A stretch of DNA of 64,000 nucleotides. Source: an uncultured Chitinophaga sp. GTDB taxonomy: Bacteria > Planctomycetota > Planctomycetia > Planctomycetales > Planctomycetaceae. The stretch covers positions 82-64,081 of the forward strand of contig CAZFDW010000001.1 in the NCBI GenBank assembly GCA_964517865.1, in the 5' to 3' direction. The notes beneath the pieces are model-generated. The model had not been told where the DNA came from. It saw nothing but the letters and a program-made list of their open reading frames with translations, and searched no databases. How positions within the stretch are numbered: the first letter of the stretch is position 1; each line of letters opens with the position of its first letter. The position numbers were made by a program, and so were the translations under genes. This document shows, in pieces, positions 33,727 to 43,040 of the stretch.

Positions 33727-35562
33727 ATGAATCCTCAACTGTTGTCGCTTGTTGCTTTGCTTCTGGTGTCCGCTCAATCCCTCGCTGCGGATCGACCGAA
33801 TATTCTCTGGATCAGCTGCGAAGACATCAGTCCGCGACTCGGGTGTTACGGCGATACCACAGCCACCACTCCGAATCTGGATCACCTGGCCACTGAAGGC
33901 ATTCGCTTCACTCACGCATTTTCCTGCCACGGCGTATGTGCTCCAAGCCGCACGGGGATCATCACGGCCAGCTACCCGATCTCAATCGGGGCCAATCACA
34001 TGCGGTCAAAGGCGATACTGCCGCCGCATATCCATCCGTTTCCGCAATACCTCCGAGAGGCCGGTTACTATTGCACCAACAACAGCAAGACAGACTACAA
34101 CCTGCACTGGGATGAGACAGCAACGTGGGACGAGACATCCGGGAAAGCCCATTGGAGGAATCGGAAGGGCAACGACCAGCCGTTCTTCGCCGTCTTCAAT
34201 CTGACGATGACACATGAAAGCAAAGTGTGGCAGAAAGGCTGGAAAGACGTCGCTTCAGTCCTGAGAGAATCAGAACGCCATCGTCCCGAAGCCATGATCG
34301 TGCCGCCTTTGTATCCGGATACGCTGGCAGTCCGTGAAGACATCGCTCGGCTGACCGATATCGTCATGGTGATGGATCGCCAGGTCGGGAAGATCCTTTC
34401 GGAACTTGACGAGGCCGGCCTGACGGATGATACGATCGTCTTCTTCTGGTCGGATCATGGCAACGGTCTGCCCCGAGCAAAGCGCTGGACGTACGATTCC
34501 GGGTCGCGCGTACCGATGATCGTGCGTGTTCCTGAGAAATACAGAAGCATCGCCACTGCCGCCGCAGCCGGATCGACCGATCATCGGATGATCAACCTGA
34601 TCGATCTTGGCCCTACTGTGCTGGCGCTGACGGGTGTCGCCATTCCCGATGGAGTTGATGGTCAGCCTTTTATTGGCAAGTCGCAGGGCCGCGATCGCGA
34701 ATTCATCTACGGGGCCCGTGACCGCATTGATGAACGCTTCGACATGGTCCGTACGGTGCGATCGAGAGACTTCCGCTATGTCCGCAATCTCATGCCCTGG
34801 CGGCCGGCCCTGCAGCATGTCTCGTACGGCGAACAGAACGCCATCATGCAGGAGTTGCGAAAGCTGCTGGCTGCGGGAAAACTGCCTCCACAGTCCGCTC
34901 AATGGTTCGCAAGTCCCCGTGCTGCAGAGGAATTGTACGACCTGAATGCAGATTCCTGGGAGCTAGTGAATCTCGCCAAAGATCCAGCACATGCAGCGAC
35001 GTTGAAAGCACTCTCCGCAGAATGTGATCGCTGGCAGATTGAGACGCGCGACGCGCACTTGCTTCCGGAAATCATGCTGGATGCCGGAGAAACCGCAGCC
35101 GGTAGTCGCTGGCAGATTCTGCAGGGTCCTGACGGTTTGCAGCGCACTGAGAAACTGCTCGCAGCAGCGAAATCAACGGCACAAAGTATCGCCGCGCAAT
35201 CAGACGTCTCCATGCCACAACTCGACGCCGATCCAGCCGTCCGCTGGTGGCAGGTGATGGCGTGCAGCAAAGCGTCCAATGTGGCAGACTTCCGAGAGTT
35301 ACTAAAGAAGGAATCAACTTCCGAAGAACCTGCGATTCGCATCGCAGCTGCGGGCGGATCGGCACGCGCGGGCGACCTCAAAACAGCCGCCGCAACACTT
35401 GGCGTACTACTCGGCCATGAAAACCACTTTGTGCAGCACGCGGCGGTCCTGGAAATTGATGAAGCCGGACCGGACCTGATTGAACTTACAAAGGTGCAGA
35501 TTGAGGCAATAGGTGAGGACGAATACTGTCAGCGCCTGGCCGCTCATGCTCTGAATCGCTGA
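33727..35562 (+). CDS. Sulfatase (arylsulfatase A family) with a C-terminal HEAT-like extension
   Basis: Signal peptide from ATG 33727; PNILWISCED; formylglycine motif CAPSRTG; SDHG. Confidence 0.85.
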   Translation: MNPQLLSLVALLLVSAQSLAADRPNILWISCEDISPRLGCYGDTTATTPNLDHLATEGIRFTHAFSCHGVCAPSRTGIITASYPISIGANHMRSKAILPPHIHPFPQYLREAGYYCTNNSKTDYNLHWDETATWDETSGKAHWRNRKGNDQPFFAVFNLTMTHESKVWQKGWKDVASVLRESERHRPEAMIVPPLYPDTLAVREDIARLTDIVMVMDRQVGKILSELDEAGLTDDTIVFFWSDHGNGLPRAKRWTYDSGSRVPMIVRVPEKYRSIATAAAAGSTDHRMINLIDLGPTVLALTGVAIPDGVDGQPFIGKSQGRDREFIYGARDRIDERFDMVRTVRSRDFRYVRNLMPWRPALQHVSYGEQNAIMQELRKLLAAGKLPPQSAQWFASPRAAEELYDLNADSWELVNLAKDPAHAATLKALSAECDRWQIETRDAHLLPEIMLDAGETAAGSRWQILQGPDGLQRTEKLLAAAKSTAQSIAAQSDVSMPQLDADPAVRWWQVMACSKASNVADFRELLKKESTSEEPAIRIAAAGGSARAGDLKTAAATLGVLLGHENHFVQHAAVLEIDEAGPDLIELTKVQIEAIGEDEYCQRLAAHALNR

Positions 35563-36431
35563 ATCGCATCGGCAAACCGTGCGGCAGAATCGTCATCGTA
35601 GGACAGATACAGTGACGGTTCAATGAGCTCCAGTTCCATCACGGCAGGCTGTCCGTTCGGCAATTCCACAAGGTCCACACGTCCGTACAGAATTCGCTGC
35701 GGTATCGGCACAAGGGCCAGCTTTGCAAATGCGATCAGGGCCGGATCTGGTGGAATAGAGCAAATGCGACTGCCATGTTCTTCCTGAACTCGAAAGTCGC
35801 CTGCCTTTGGTGTCTTTAACACGCTGTGGCTGTACTCTCCATCAAAGAACACCAGCGACGTTTCTCCGTATTCAATGACGCTGGGAATGAACGGTTGAAG
35901 CAGGGCCAGACGCCCGGAGTAAAGTAACTCGATCTGCTGCAGTTCCGAAGGTGACGATTCCGGTCGCAGCCAGTATGTGTCATCCGCATTTGCACCGACA
36001 GCGGGTTTGATGACGATCTGGTCCGAATCGAAAGCTTCAAACATACCGCGAATCTGCGACTCGGTCGGGCTTTGCAAAAACTGAGTCGGCACGATCGTAA
36101 TTCCGCGATCGTGCAGTTCCTGAAGATACGTCTTGCGGACGTTCCAGCGCACCACATCGACAGGATTCAGGAGCACCGCTGTCGATGCGTCGATTGCCCC
36201 GAGGACGGTCATGAACTCGTCCGCCGCCTGCTGATAATCCCAAGGCGAACGAATGATGACCATTTCATAGTCATCCCATTTCACCGTCCGACTTCGCCAC
36301 GACACATTGTCCACTTTGACGCCGCGCGCCTCCAGGCAGTCCGCGACCAGCGCATCGTAAGACACGAAATCGTCGAGACTGTCCATGGTGAGAAATGCAA
36401 GGGGTTTCATAGTACGGCAGTCATTGCGCAT
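35544..36431 (-). CDS. ATP-grasp fold ligase (RimK / glutathione-synthetase-like)
   Basis: WDDYEMVIIRSPWDY...NPVDVVRWNVRKTYL...IVIKPAVGA...YGETSLVFFDGEYSH...GDFRVQEEHG...YGRVDLV. Start is ATG 36431 (overlapping the upstream ORF) or 36410. Confidence 0.6.
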   Translation of the reverse strand: MRNDCRTMKPLAFLTMDSLDDFVSYDALVADCLEARGVKVDNVSWRSRTVKWDDYEMVIIRSPWDYQQAADEFMTVLGAIDASTAVLLNPVDVVRWNVRKTYLQELHDRGITIVPTQFLQSPTESQIRGMFEAFDSDQIVIKPAVGANADDTYWLRPESSPSELQQIELLYSGRLALLQPFIPSVIEYGETSLVFFDGEYSHSVLKTPKAGDFRVQEEHGSRICSIPPDPALIAFAKLALVPIPQRILYGRVDLVELPNGQPAVMELELIEPSLYLSYDDDSAARFADAIQRFRA

Positions 36432-36645
36432 CTTCCTGTGACCCGGTCTGCCGATAATCCTGCATGCCTTCTTCTGCTAGCTCGCGATCTTCCTTCTCAA
36501 ACTCGTGATAAAGTGAGGCCAAACGTGCGTCACTCATAGTTGTGCGAGAACGGAACTTGAGAAATGACACGTATTCCGCAACATCCTGCAGATCACTCTC
36601 TTGAAGTGTTTCAACTTCGTGAGTGACAAATTCTTTCAGAGACAC
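36421..36645 (-). CDS. Small acidic hypothetical protein (74 aa) coupled to the ATP-grasp gene
   Basis: ORF ends 10 nt before, or overlaps, the ATP-grasp start. N-terminal LQESDLQDVAEYVSFLKFR is antitoxin/DUF2281-like. The C-terminus is rich in E/D/T/S/K. Confidence 0.4.
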   Translation of the reverse strand: MSLKEFVTHEVETLQESDLQDVAEYVSFLKFRSRTTMSDARLASLYHEFEKEDRELAEEGMQDYRQTGSQEDAQ

Positions 36646-36798
36646 CGTCTACCTCCACATTTACGTTTGCCACATCTTCTGGCTGATCGGACGGCAGTTT
36701 ATCGGGTGCTGCCAGCTTTGTCACCACGACCTGGTGCGTTGCGCGAACTCCGATTGCCGCCGTGGTTCGTCCCGCCGTATCGAATGACAGAGCGCGGT

Positions 36799-38205
36799 CT
36801 ACAGAATCTCGCGGATTCCCTCAGCCTTATCCACGAGTACGACCGGGCGTCCGGAAAAGTCCAGGAAGTGAGTCGTGGGATCAATTTCAAGGGCTCGATA
36901 GACGGTCGCCAAAAGATCATGCGGAGCAACCTCGCGTTCGACGGGATATTCGGCCTTTGAACTGGTAGCCCCGACCACGACACCTTGCTGCAAGCCGCCG
37001 CCAGCAAGCATTACGGAGAACGCATCGCCCCAGTGATCGCGACCGGGAATTGGAATACCGGCCTGCCCTTCGTTGATGCGCGGCGTGCGTCCGAATTCAC
37101 CCATCACGATCACCATGACCTGATCGAGAAGTCCTCGATCAACGAGGTCCGTCATCAGCGCCCCAACGCACTGGTCCATCGCGCGCATGTTCGGAGCATG
37201 GCCTTCGACAAGTTGAGAATGATGATCCCAATGTGGCATATCCACGGTTACAAATGTGACTCCGGCTTCGACCAGACGTCTGGCCATCAACGTGTACTGG
37301 CCCCACGGATTTTTGCCGTATCGTTCCGCGACTTCCGGCGCTTCCTTTGAAATATCAAACGCGTCGATTGCCGCACCGCCAAACACGAGTGACATTGCGG
37401 ACTGATGATGAGCATCCATCACATCCATCACGCCTGTGTTGTCAACGTCTCGCCGCAATCGATCCAGTGAAGCCAGCAGGCTGCTGCGATCCTGTGCCCG
37501 CGACTGATCAAGACCAGCGGGAGCGTTAAAACATGTCGGTGCTTCGACCTTGATGTTGTAGCTGTGGTGCAGATAGCGAGACTCGTTGTTCACGGCGAAC
37601 GGATCATGCTCGCCGCCGAGGTACGAAGCCCCCATGTAGCCGGGGTACACGTAAACGCTTTCTGCCGAAGGCAGGCCGACATAAGCCGGCAGTCCTGGCT
37701 GATTGGCACCTTTCAGCTTTGAGACGCACGATCCAAGTGATGGATAGCGTATACCTTTGGATGCCGTGGTCGCTCCGAACCGGCCGGTCAGCATCCAGTG
37801 CGCACCGGCGAAATGGTCGCCCGTCCCGTGGCGCATGGATCGAATGACGCACATCTTATCCGCAAATTTTGCCTGCTGCTGCATCAGTTCAGAAAACTGA
37901 ATGCCAGGCACATTGGTACTGATGGTTCCAAACGGGCCGCGAAATTCTGACGGAGCCTCCGGCTTCGGATCGTAGGATTCTAACTGACTGGGCCCGCCGT
38001 CGAGCCAGATCAGGATGACACTCTTGTTGTTCTTCTTCGCAGAGCCATCCGCGATCAGTCGCTGCTGAGTTGCCAGATTCAGCCCGGCAATACTCAACAC
38101 GCCCGCCTTCAGGACAGCTCGTCGGCCCCGATGTTTCGGACTTTGAATTTCCAGCATGACGGTGTCCAGTACGGCGGCCAAAGGATTGATCACATCACAC
38201 ATCAT
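36799..38205 (-). CDS. DUF1501 domain-containing protein (sulfatase-like fold, Tat signal)
   Basis: HRGRRAVLKAGVLSIAGLNLA twin-arginine region; RSMRHGTGDHFAGAHWMLTG; GRDHWGDAFSVMLAGGG. Confidence 0.85.
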   Translation of the reverse strand: MMCDVINPLAAVLDTVMLEIQSPKHRGRRAVLKAGVLSIAGLNLATQQRLIADGSAKKNNKSVILIWLDGGPSQLESYDPKPEAPSEFRGPFGTISTNVPGIQFSELMQQQAKFADKMCVIRSMRHGTGDHFAGAHWMLTGRFGATTASKGIRYPSLGSCVSKLKGANQPGLPAYVGLPSAESVYVYPGYMGASYLGGEHDPFAVNNESRYLHHSYNIKVEAPTCFNAPAGLDQSRAQDRSSLLASLDRLRRDVDNTGVMDVMDAHHQSAMSLVFGGAAIDAFDISKEAPEVAERYGKNPWGQYTLMARRLVEAGVTFVTVDMPHWDHHSQLVEGHAPNMRAMDQCVGALMTDLVDRGLLDQVMVIVMGEFGRTPRINEGQAGIPIPGRDHWGDAFSVMLAGGGLQQGVVVGATSSKAEYPVEREVAPHDLLATVYRALEIDPTTHFLDFSGRPVVLVDKAEGIREIL

Positions 38206-38246
38206 CTTAATATCAATTGTGATGATTTCACAGATTACGTGTCGTG

Positions 38247-39155
38247 TTATGGCTTCGCGGGGTTGCCCTTTTGACCTCCAATTCGCACGTGTTTCTTAAG
38301 CTCTTCGAGCGTCTTTGGACCGATGCCTTTGACGTTGCCGAGCTGCTGAATGTTTGCGTAGGGACGGTCCGCAATGATTAGGTTGGCCGTTTTTTCCCCA
38401 ACTCGAGGAATCATCATAAGTTCATCTCGAGCGGCAGTATTCAAATCAAAAATTGTGCCCGGCGGGATCTTCTTTGGTCCTTGTCCGATGCCGAGCTCGT
38501 CATCTTCCTTACGTTCGAGTTCGCGTTCCTTCGGAAGCTTTTCGCAGTCCGTTTCCACCCAAATGCCGCTCTCCATCCGGCATGCGATCAGCTCCAGGTC
38601 TCGAAGTTTTTCCTCATAGACGTCCCTGTGTTGTCCATCGGGTGTTTCCCGGTAGAGGCCATGGGCGCGTGCAAGACCCTTACGCACCAGGAGTTCCCCG
38701 AGATCTTCACCGTCGGCGGTCTTGACAAACGCATAGATCCGTGGGAACCGTGGGTCACCGCGGCCGTCGGCAAACGTGGTATGGATCGTAAAGGGTTCAG
38801 CCAACGCTTTGGCCGTTTCCGCAGCGGCGCGCTTGCCGTATTCCAGGGCAAGTTCAATCGATTTTTCTGAAGAACCGCCCGCTTCTGAGATCCCGAAGTA
38901 ACGGCGTTGCTCACGCAATCGGCGTGCATCATTGTCATCAGTGAGTGTTGTTTCGAGACAATCGACCCAGTACAAGCGAATCCTGTGTTCAACGCCGTGA
39001 CTGGTTCTGATGAAAAAGCTGTCACCGTCCGCCCAAGCGGCCTGAATCATCGTGCAGTCCGGGATTTTTTCCAGTGCCTTTCCTCGAACCTGAGCATTGA
39101 GGATCGTCGGCGTTGCGGCAAGTAGTACCGTTATGGTGAATAGAAGAGTTTTCAT
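38247..39155 (-). CDS. Secreted thermonuclease (SNase)-like protein with a C-terminal ComEA-type helix-hairpin-helix domain
   Basis: Signal peptide MKTLLFTITVLLAATPTILNAQ. ADGDSFFIRT...IRLYWVDCLET...LVRKGLARAHG follows the SNase layout. C-terminal DLNTAARDELMMIPRVGEKTANLII...VKGIGPKTLEEL is the HhH. Confidence 0.65.
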   Translation of the reverse strand: MKTLLFTITVLLAATPTILNAQVRGKALEKIPDCTMIQAAWADGDSFFIRTSHGVEHRIRLYWVDCLETTLTDDNDARRLREQRRYFGISEAGGSSEKSIELALEYGKRAAAETAKALAEPFTIHTTFADGRGDPRFPRIYAFVKTADGEDLGELLVRKGLARAHGLYRETPDGQHRDVYEEKLRDLELIACRMESGIWVETDCEKLPKERELERKEDDELGIGQGPKKIPPGTIFDLNTAARDELMMIPRVGEKTANLIIADRPYANIQQLGNVKGIGPKTLEELKKHVRIGGQKGNPAKP

Positions 39156-39256
39156 ACGCCATCCATCATTGCCAGGTAAGAACAAGGTCAAGATTCATCA
39201 TCAGAGAATGTCCGCAGAGTAGTACCTTGTCAAGACAACGAATTGGGGTTGAATCA

Positions 39257-39333
39257 GTAGGCCGGACCAAGCGAAGCGCCGTTCCGGCAAGTGGGTGAAG
39301 TGCCGGAACGGCGCTTCGCTTGGTCCGGCCTAC
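39257..39333. repeat. REP-like 33-bp inverted repeat, same family as 25530-25608, copy 2
   Basis: Perfect arms at 39257-39289 and 39301-39333 with an 11-nt loop, downstream of the NtrC-like stop. Confidence 0.9.
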
Positions 39334-39410
39334 TCCGAAATCAAGTCTTTACAAGGCAGCCGTTGGAAAATGAATGAGGGAACGCATACACACCTCAATC
39401 ACCAGCCCCG

Positions 39411-40829
39411 TTATTTCCTTAGTTCGTACTCTTTGATTTTGCGATAGAGCGTGCGTTCGCCGATTTCGAGCATTCTCGAAGCTTCTTCGCGGTTGCCGTC
39501 GGTCAGATCGAGTGCCCGCTGGATGTAATATTTTTCGACTTCTGTCATGGGCCTGCCGATCAGACCATCGACACCCGATGGCATTTCCTCGTCGGCGTCA
39601 GGCAATTGATCTTTGACCAGCACTGCGATTTCCGGCGGCAGGCCGTCGATATCAAGTACACCGTCGTTGTCCAGCACCAGCATACGTTCGATCGTGTTTC
39701 GCAGCTGACGAATGTTGCCCGGCCAGTGATATGCAAATAAAGCCTTGCGTGCCGCACGGGAAAACCCTTGCGCGTCTCGCCCCGTGCGTTTCGTCAGATC
39801 GCGGAGGAAGTGTTCCATCAGCAGCGGAATATCTCCGGAACGCTCGCGCAGTGGAGGCAGGTTGATCGAGACGACGTTGATTCGATAATACAGGTCCTCC
39901 CGAAATTTTCCGTCCTGCACAAACTTCTGCAGATCCGCATTGGTCGCTGCAACCAGTCGCACGTTGATCGGTAGTTCGTCGTTTGCCCCCAGACGTGTGA
40001 TCTTGCGTTCTTCCAGCACACGCAGCAGTTTGACCTGCGTGTCCATGGGCATTTCGCCGACTTCGTCAAGGAACAGTGTGCCTCCGTTGGCGTGTTCAAA
40101 CTTTCCGATGCGTCGCCCCATAGCCCCCGTAAACGCGCCGGCTTCGTGGCCGAACAGTTCACTTTCCAGAATACTGTCCGGCAATGCGGAAATGTTGAGC
40201 GGTACGAACGGCTTATTCTTGCGTGGACTGTTTTGATGCAGCGCGCGAGCCACCAGCTCTTTCCCGGTCCCGTTTTCGCCATGAATCAATACGGTGCTGT
40301 CGGTGGGTGCCACGCTCTTCAGGATATCGATAATGCTGTGCATCTGAGGACTGTTGCCGATTACGCCCTCAAAGCCAAAACGTTCGTCCAGCGATTGCCG
40401 GAGTTCGGCGTTGCGGCGAATCAGCCTCAGACGCGCCGATGCTTTTTCTACGGCGGAACGCAATTCGCCGATGTCGAGCGGCTTGGTGAGATACGTGTAG
40501 GCACCGTGCTGCATCGCCGTCACTGCAGACGCGATTGAACCGTGGCCCGTGAGCACAATCACTTCAGCATCGGGAAGCTCTTCCTTTGTGAGCCTCAGAA
40601 TTTCAAGACCGTCCACTTCACCCATTCGCAGATCGGTGACGACGACGTCCCAGGATTCTGAATGAATCAACTGAGCCCCGCGTTCGCCCGATCCCGCAAC
40701 CTTGCAGTCGCAGTTGATCCGCGCAAGCGAATCGGCGACCGCCTGAGCGTGTCCTTCGTCATCATCGACGATCAGAACTCGCACAGAAATGGTCGAAAGA
40801 TCAGCGGAATCGTTTTTAGGGTCGGACAT
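39411..40829 (-). CDS. Sigma-54-dependent response regulator (NtrC family)
   Basis: Receiver domain ([11 protein letters not shown]...[13 protein letters not shown]), AAA+ domain ([29 protein letters not shown]) and a C-terminal Fis-type HTH. Confidence 0.9.
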   Translation of the reverse strand: MSDPKNDSADLSTISVRVLIVDDDEGHAQAVADSLARINCDCKVAGSGERGAQLIHSESWDVVVTDLRMGEVDGLEILRLTKEELPDAEVIVLTGHGSIASAVTAMQHGAYTYLTKPLDIGELRSAVEKASARLRLIRRNAELRQSLDERFGFEGVIGNSPQMHSIIDILKSVAPTDSTVLIHGENGTGKELVARALHQNSPRKNKPFVPLNISALPDSILESELFGHEAGAFTGAMGRRIGKFEHANGGTLFLDEVGEMPMDTQVKLLRVLEERKITRLGANDELPINVRLVAATNADLQKFVQDGKFREDLYYRINVVSINLPPLRERSGDIPLLMEHFLRDLTKRTGRDAQGFSRAARKALFAYHWPGNIRQLRNTIERMLVLDNDGVLDIDGLPPEIAVLVKDQLPDADEEMPSGVDGLIGRPMTEVEKYYIQRALDLTDGNREEASRMLEIGERTLYRKIKEYELRK

Positions 40830-41126
40830 GTATTGAGGAAGAAAACTCGGACGGGATCAGCCAAGGTGGCCGGATTTCTGTAGAATTGACTCGTGAGGGT
40901 AATCAAGAAGCCGTTCGATTCAAAATGTGATGGCCGTTTATTGCTCAATCTGGGACGCAACGTGTTGTCTTTATGCTCTGGACATGATCTTGAGGGACAG
41001 GAACGGGCCGTAATTCAGCAATTTATGACGAAATGTCGTTTGACCAGAGATCCGATCGAAAGTTCGGACCGCAAATGCAATAATACAGAATAGTCGAGCC
41101 CTCCGGGCCTGAAACTGTATTAAGGA

Positions 41127-42122
41127 ATGAAAGTCATGTCATTGCCGGTCCTCGCCGCACCAGTCGTCGTCGAAGAAGATCCACTCGATCTGATGGACGA
41201 AATCGATGCGCTCAAGAAGGAAAAGGATGCCACCATCCTGGCGCATTTTTATGTCGATGGGGATATCCAGGACATCGCGGACTTCACAGGAGACAGTTTG
41301 AAACTGGCACGCGATGCCACTCGTGTCACGACGTCCACGATTGTATTTGCCGGCGTCCACTTTATGGGCGAATCGGCAAAGATCATGAATCCAGAGAAAC
41401 GAGTGCTCATTCCCGACATGCTTGCAGGCTGTTCGCTCGCGGATAGCTGTCCTCCTGAACAACTTGCCGCATTTCAGGAACAACTGCGTTCACAGGGCCG
41501 TGACTTTCAGACGGTCGCCTACATCAATACTTCCGCCGCTGTCAAGAGCCTGTGCGACTGGATCGTAACCAGCGGAAACGCGCGGGAGATCATCGACCGA
41601 GTTCCAAAGGAAAAAGAAATCCTGTTCGTGCCCGATCAGCATTTGGGCCGTTATCTCGTCGAAATCACCGGCCGCAAGATGATCCTGTGGCCGGGTTCGT
41701 GCATGGTGCATGAGATTTTCAGTATTCAGGACCTGATCCGGGCCAGAAAGAATAACCCCGGATCGATTGTGATTGCGCATCCGGAGTGTCCGCAGAATAT
41801 TCTGGAAATCAGCGACGTTATTGGCGGCACGGAAAAAATGAGGCAATATGTGATGTCCCTGAAGGAGCCGACCACGTTTCTGGTCGCCACAGAAGCCGCC
41901 ATGATTCATCCGCTGACGAAAGCGGCACCACAGCACACGTACATTCCGGTTCCTGGCATTATGGCCTCGTCCGGTGAAACGTGCGCCTGCAATCGCTGCC
42001 CACACATGGCACGCAACACCCTGCAGAAAGTCCGCGACTGTCTGCGGGACGGCCGACCGGAGATCGAATGGAAAGACTATTTCCAGCAGGCGAGAGCTGT
42101 GCTGGACAAGAGCCTGTTGTAG
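41127..42122 (+). CDS. nadA: Quinolinate synthase
   Basis: [47 protein letters not shown] and HPECP motifs. Confidence 0.9.
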   Translation: MKVMSLPVLAAPVVVEEDPLDLMDEIDALKKEKDATILAHFYVDGDIQDIADFTGDSLKLARDATRVTTSTIVFAGVHFMGESAKIMNPEKRVLIPDMLAGCSLADSCPPEQLAAFQEQLRSQGRDFQTVAYINTSAAVKSLCDWIVTSGNAREIIDRVPKEKEILFVPDQHLGRYLVEITGRKMILWPGSCMVHEIFSIQDLIRARKNNPGSIVIAHPECPQNILEISDVIGGTEKMRQYVMSLKEPTTFLVATEAAMIHPLTKAAPQHTYIPVPGIMASSGETCACNRCPHMARNTLQKVRDCLRDGRPEIEWKDYFQQARAVLDKSLL

Positions 42123-42149
42123 TAGACTCTTCGCGGCCAGGAGAGGATA

Positions 42150-42226
42150 GTTTAACCGCGTGCCCATCGGGCCGCGATTGTCCGTCGCCGGCCCAGGAAC
42201 GCGGCCCGTTGGGCACGCGGTTAAAC
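42150..42226. repeat. 27-bp inverted repeat with GTTTAACC...GGTTAAAC termini
   Basis: Arms at 42150-42176 and 42200-42226 with 1 mismatch and a 23-nt spacer, between nadA and recR. Confidence 0.85.
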
Positions 42227-42291
42227 GAGTGAAAGCTCAATCAGACTGGAAAACTTTAACCCTAAACTACGCACGGAGAGCGATTCGTTCC

Positions 42292-42909
42292 ATGAAAACG
42301 GAGACACAAGATCATCCCTACGGCAAGGCTGTTGCCAAGCTGATTGAAGAATTTGGCAACCTGCCGGGCATCGGACGGAAGTCAGCGGAACGCCTCGCGA
42401 ACCACATATTGTCCAGTTCCAGTGACGAAGCCAACGCCCTTGCCGATGCAATTCGCCAGGTAAAGGTCAGCGTCAGACGCTGTTCGATGTGTTTCAATCT
42501 CACCGAGGACACGCTTTGCCGAATCTGCCGCGACCCTCGACGTGATCAGCATGTCGTCTGCGTCGTTGAACAGCCCAAAGACGTCGTCGCGCTGGAATCA
42601 TCCGGTGCGTATTCAGGGCTGTATCATGTCCTTGGAGGCCGCATCGCACCGCTCGACGGAGTCGGTCCGGAGGATCTCACGATTCAACAACTGGTGCATC
42701 GCGTTCGCAAGCAGGGAATCACGGAACTGGTCATGGCAACCAACCCGACTCTGGAAGGCGACGGTACAGCGCTGTTCATTACCAATCTGCTGCAGAACGA
42801 CAACGTCCGCATCACGCGACTTGCCCGCGGCATCGCATCCGGCAGCGTCCTGGAATTCGCCAACCGCGAAATGCTGGCCGACGCATTGAAGGGGCGGCAG
42901 CAATTTTGA
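42292..42909 (+). CDS. recR: Recombination protein RecR
   Basis: [24 protein letters not shown] (HhH), C4 zinc finger [16 protein letters not shown], and a Toprim region. ATG 42292 lies within the longer ORF. Confidence 0.9.
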   Translation: MKTETQDHPYGKAVAKLIEEFGNLPGIGRKSAERLANHILSSSSDEANALADAIRQVKVSVRRCSMCFNLTEDTLCRICRDPRRDQHVVCVVEQPKDVVALESSGAYSGLYHVLGGRIAPLDGVGPEDLTIQQLVHRVRKQGITELVMATNPTLEGDGTALFITNLLQNDNVRITRLARGIASGSVLEFANREMLADALKGRQQF

Positions 42910-43040
42910 ACCCTTGCTGCTGAATCATGGCGATCGTCCCTGCCTTCGATCCGCATCGCGTGTGCTGTTGACAGGCGGATCCTGGCGGATGCCTTTTTCG
43001 AGAAGCGGCAGCTGCACCTGGCAAATTGAAGGAAGTCGTT

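Noticed and set aside
33532-33930. N-terminal 133-codon extension of the lactonase ORF, and the matching 45-codon extension of the sulfatase ORF (33592-33726)
   Set aside because: The extensions overlap each other divergently and have non-protein-like composition. Internal ATGs give canonical signal peptides.
40830-41126. Possible NAD+ riboswitch (nadA motif) or sigma-54 promoter (TGGCCGGATTTCTGT at about 40867) upstream of nadA
   Set aside because: I could not recognise the nadA-motif consensus by eye, and the -12 element does not match TTGC. It needs an Rfam/Infernal scan.
41490-42167. 225-aa minus-strand ORF
   Set aside because: It is antisense to nadA.
42910-43040. Expected a terminator hairpin between the convergent recR and repeat-protein genes
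   Set aside because: I found only a GGATCC-centred short palindrome followed by TTTTT. The stem is too weak to call.
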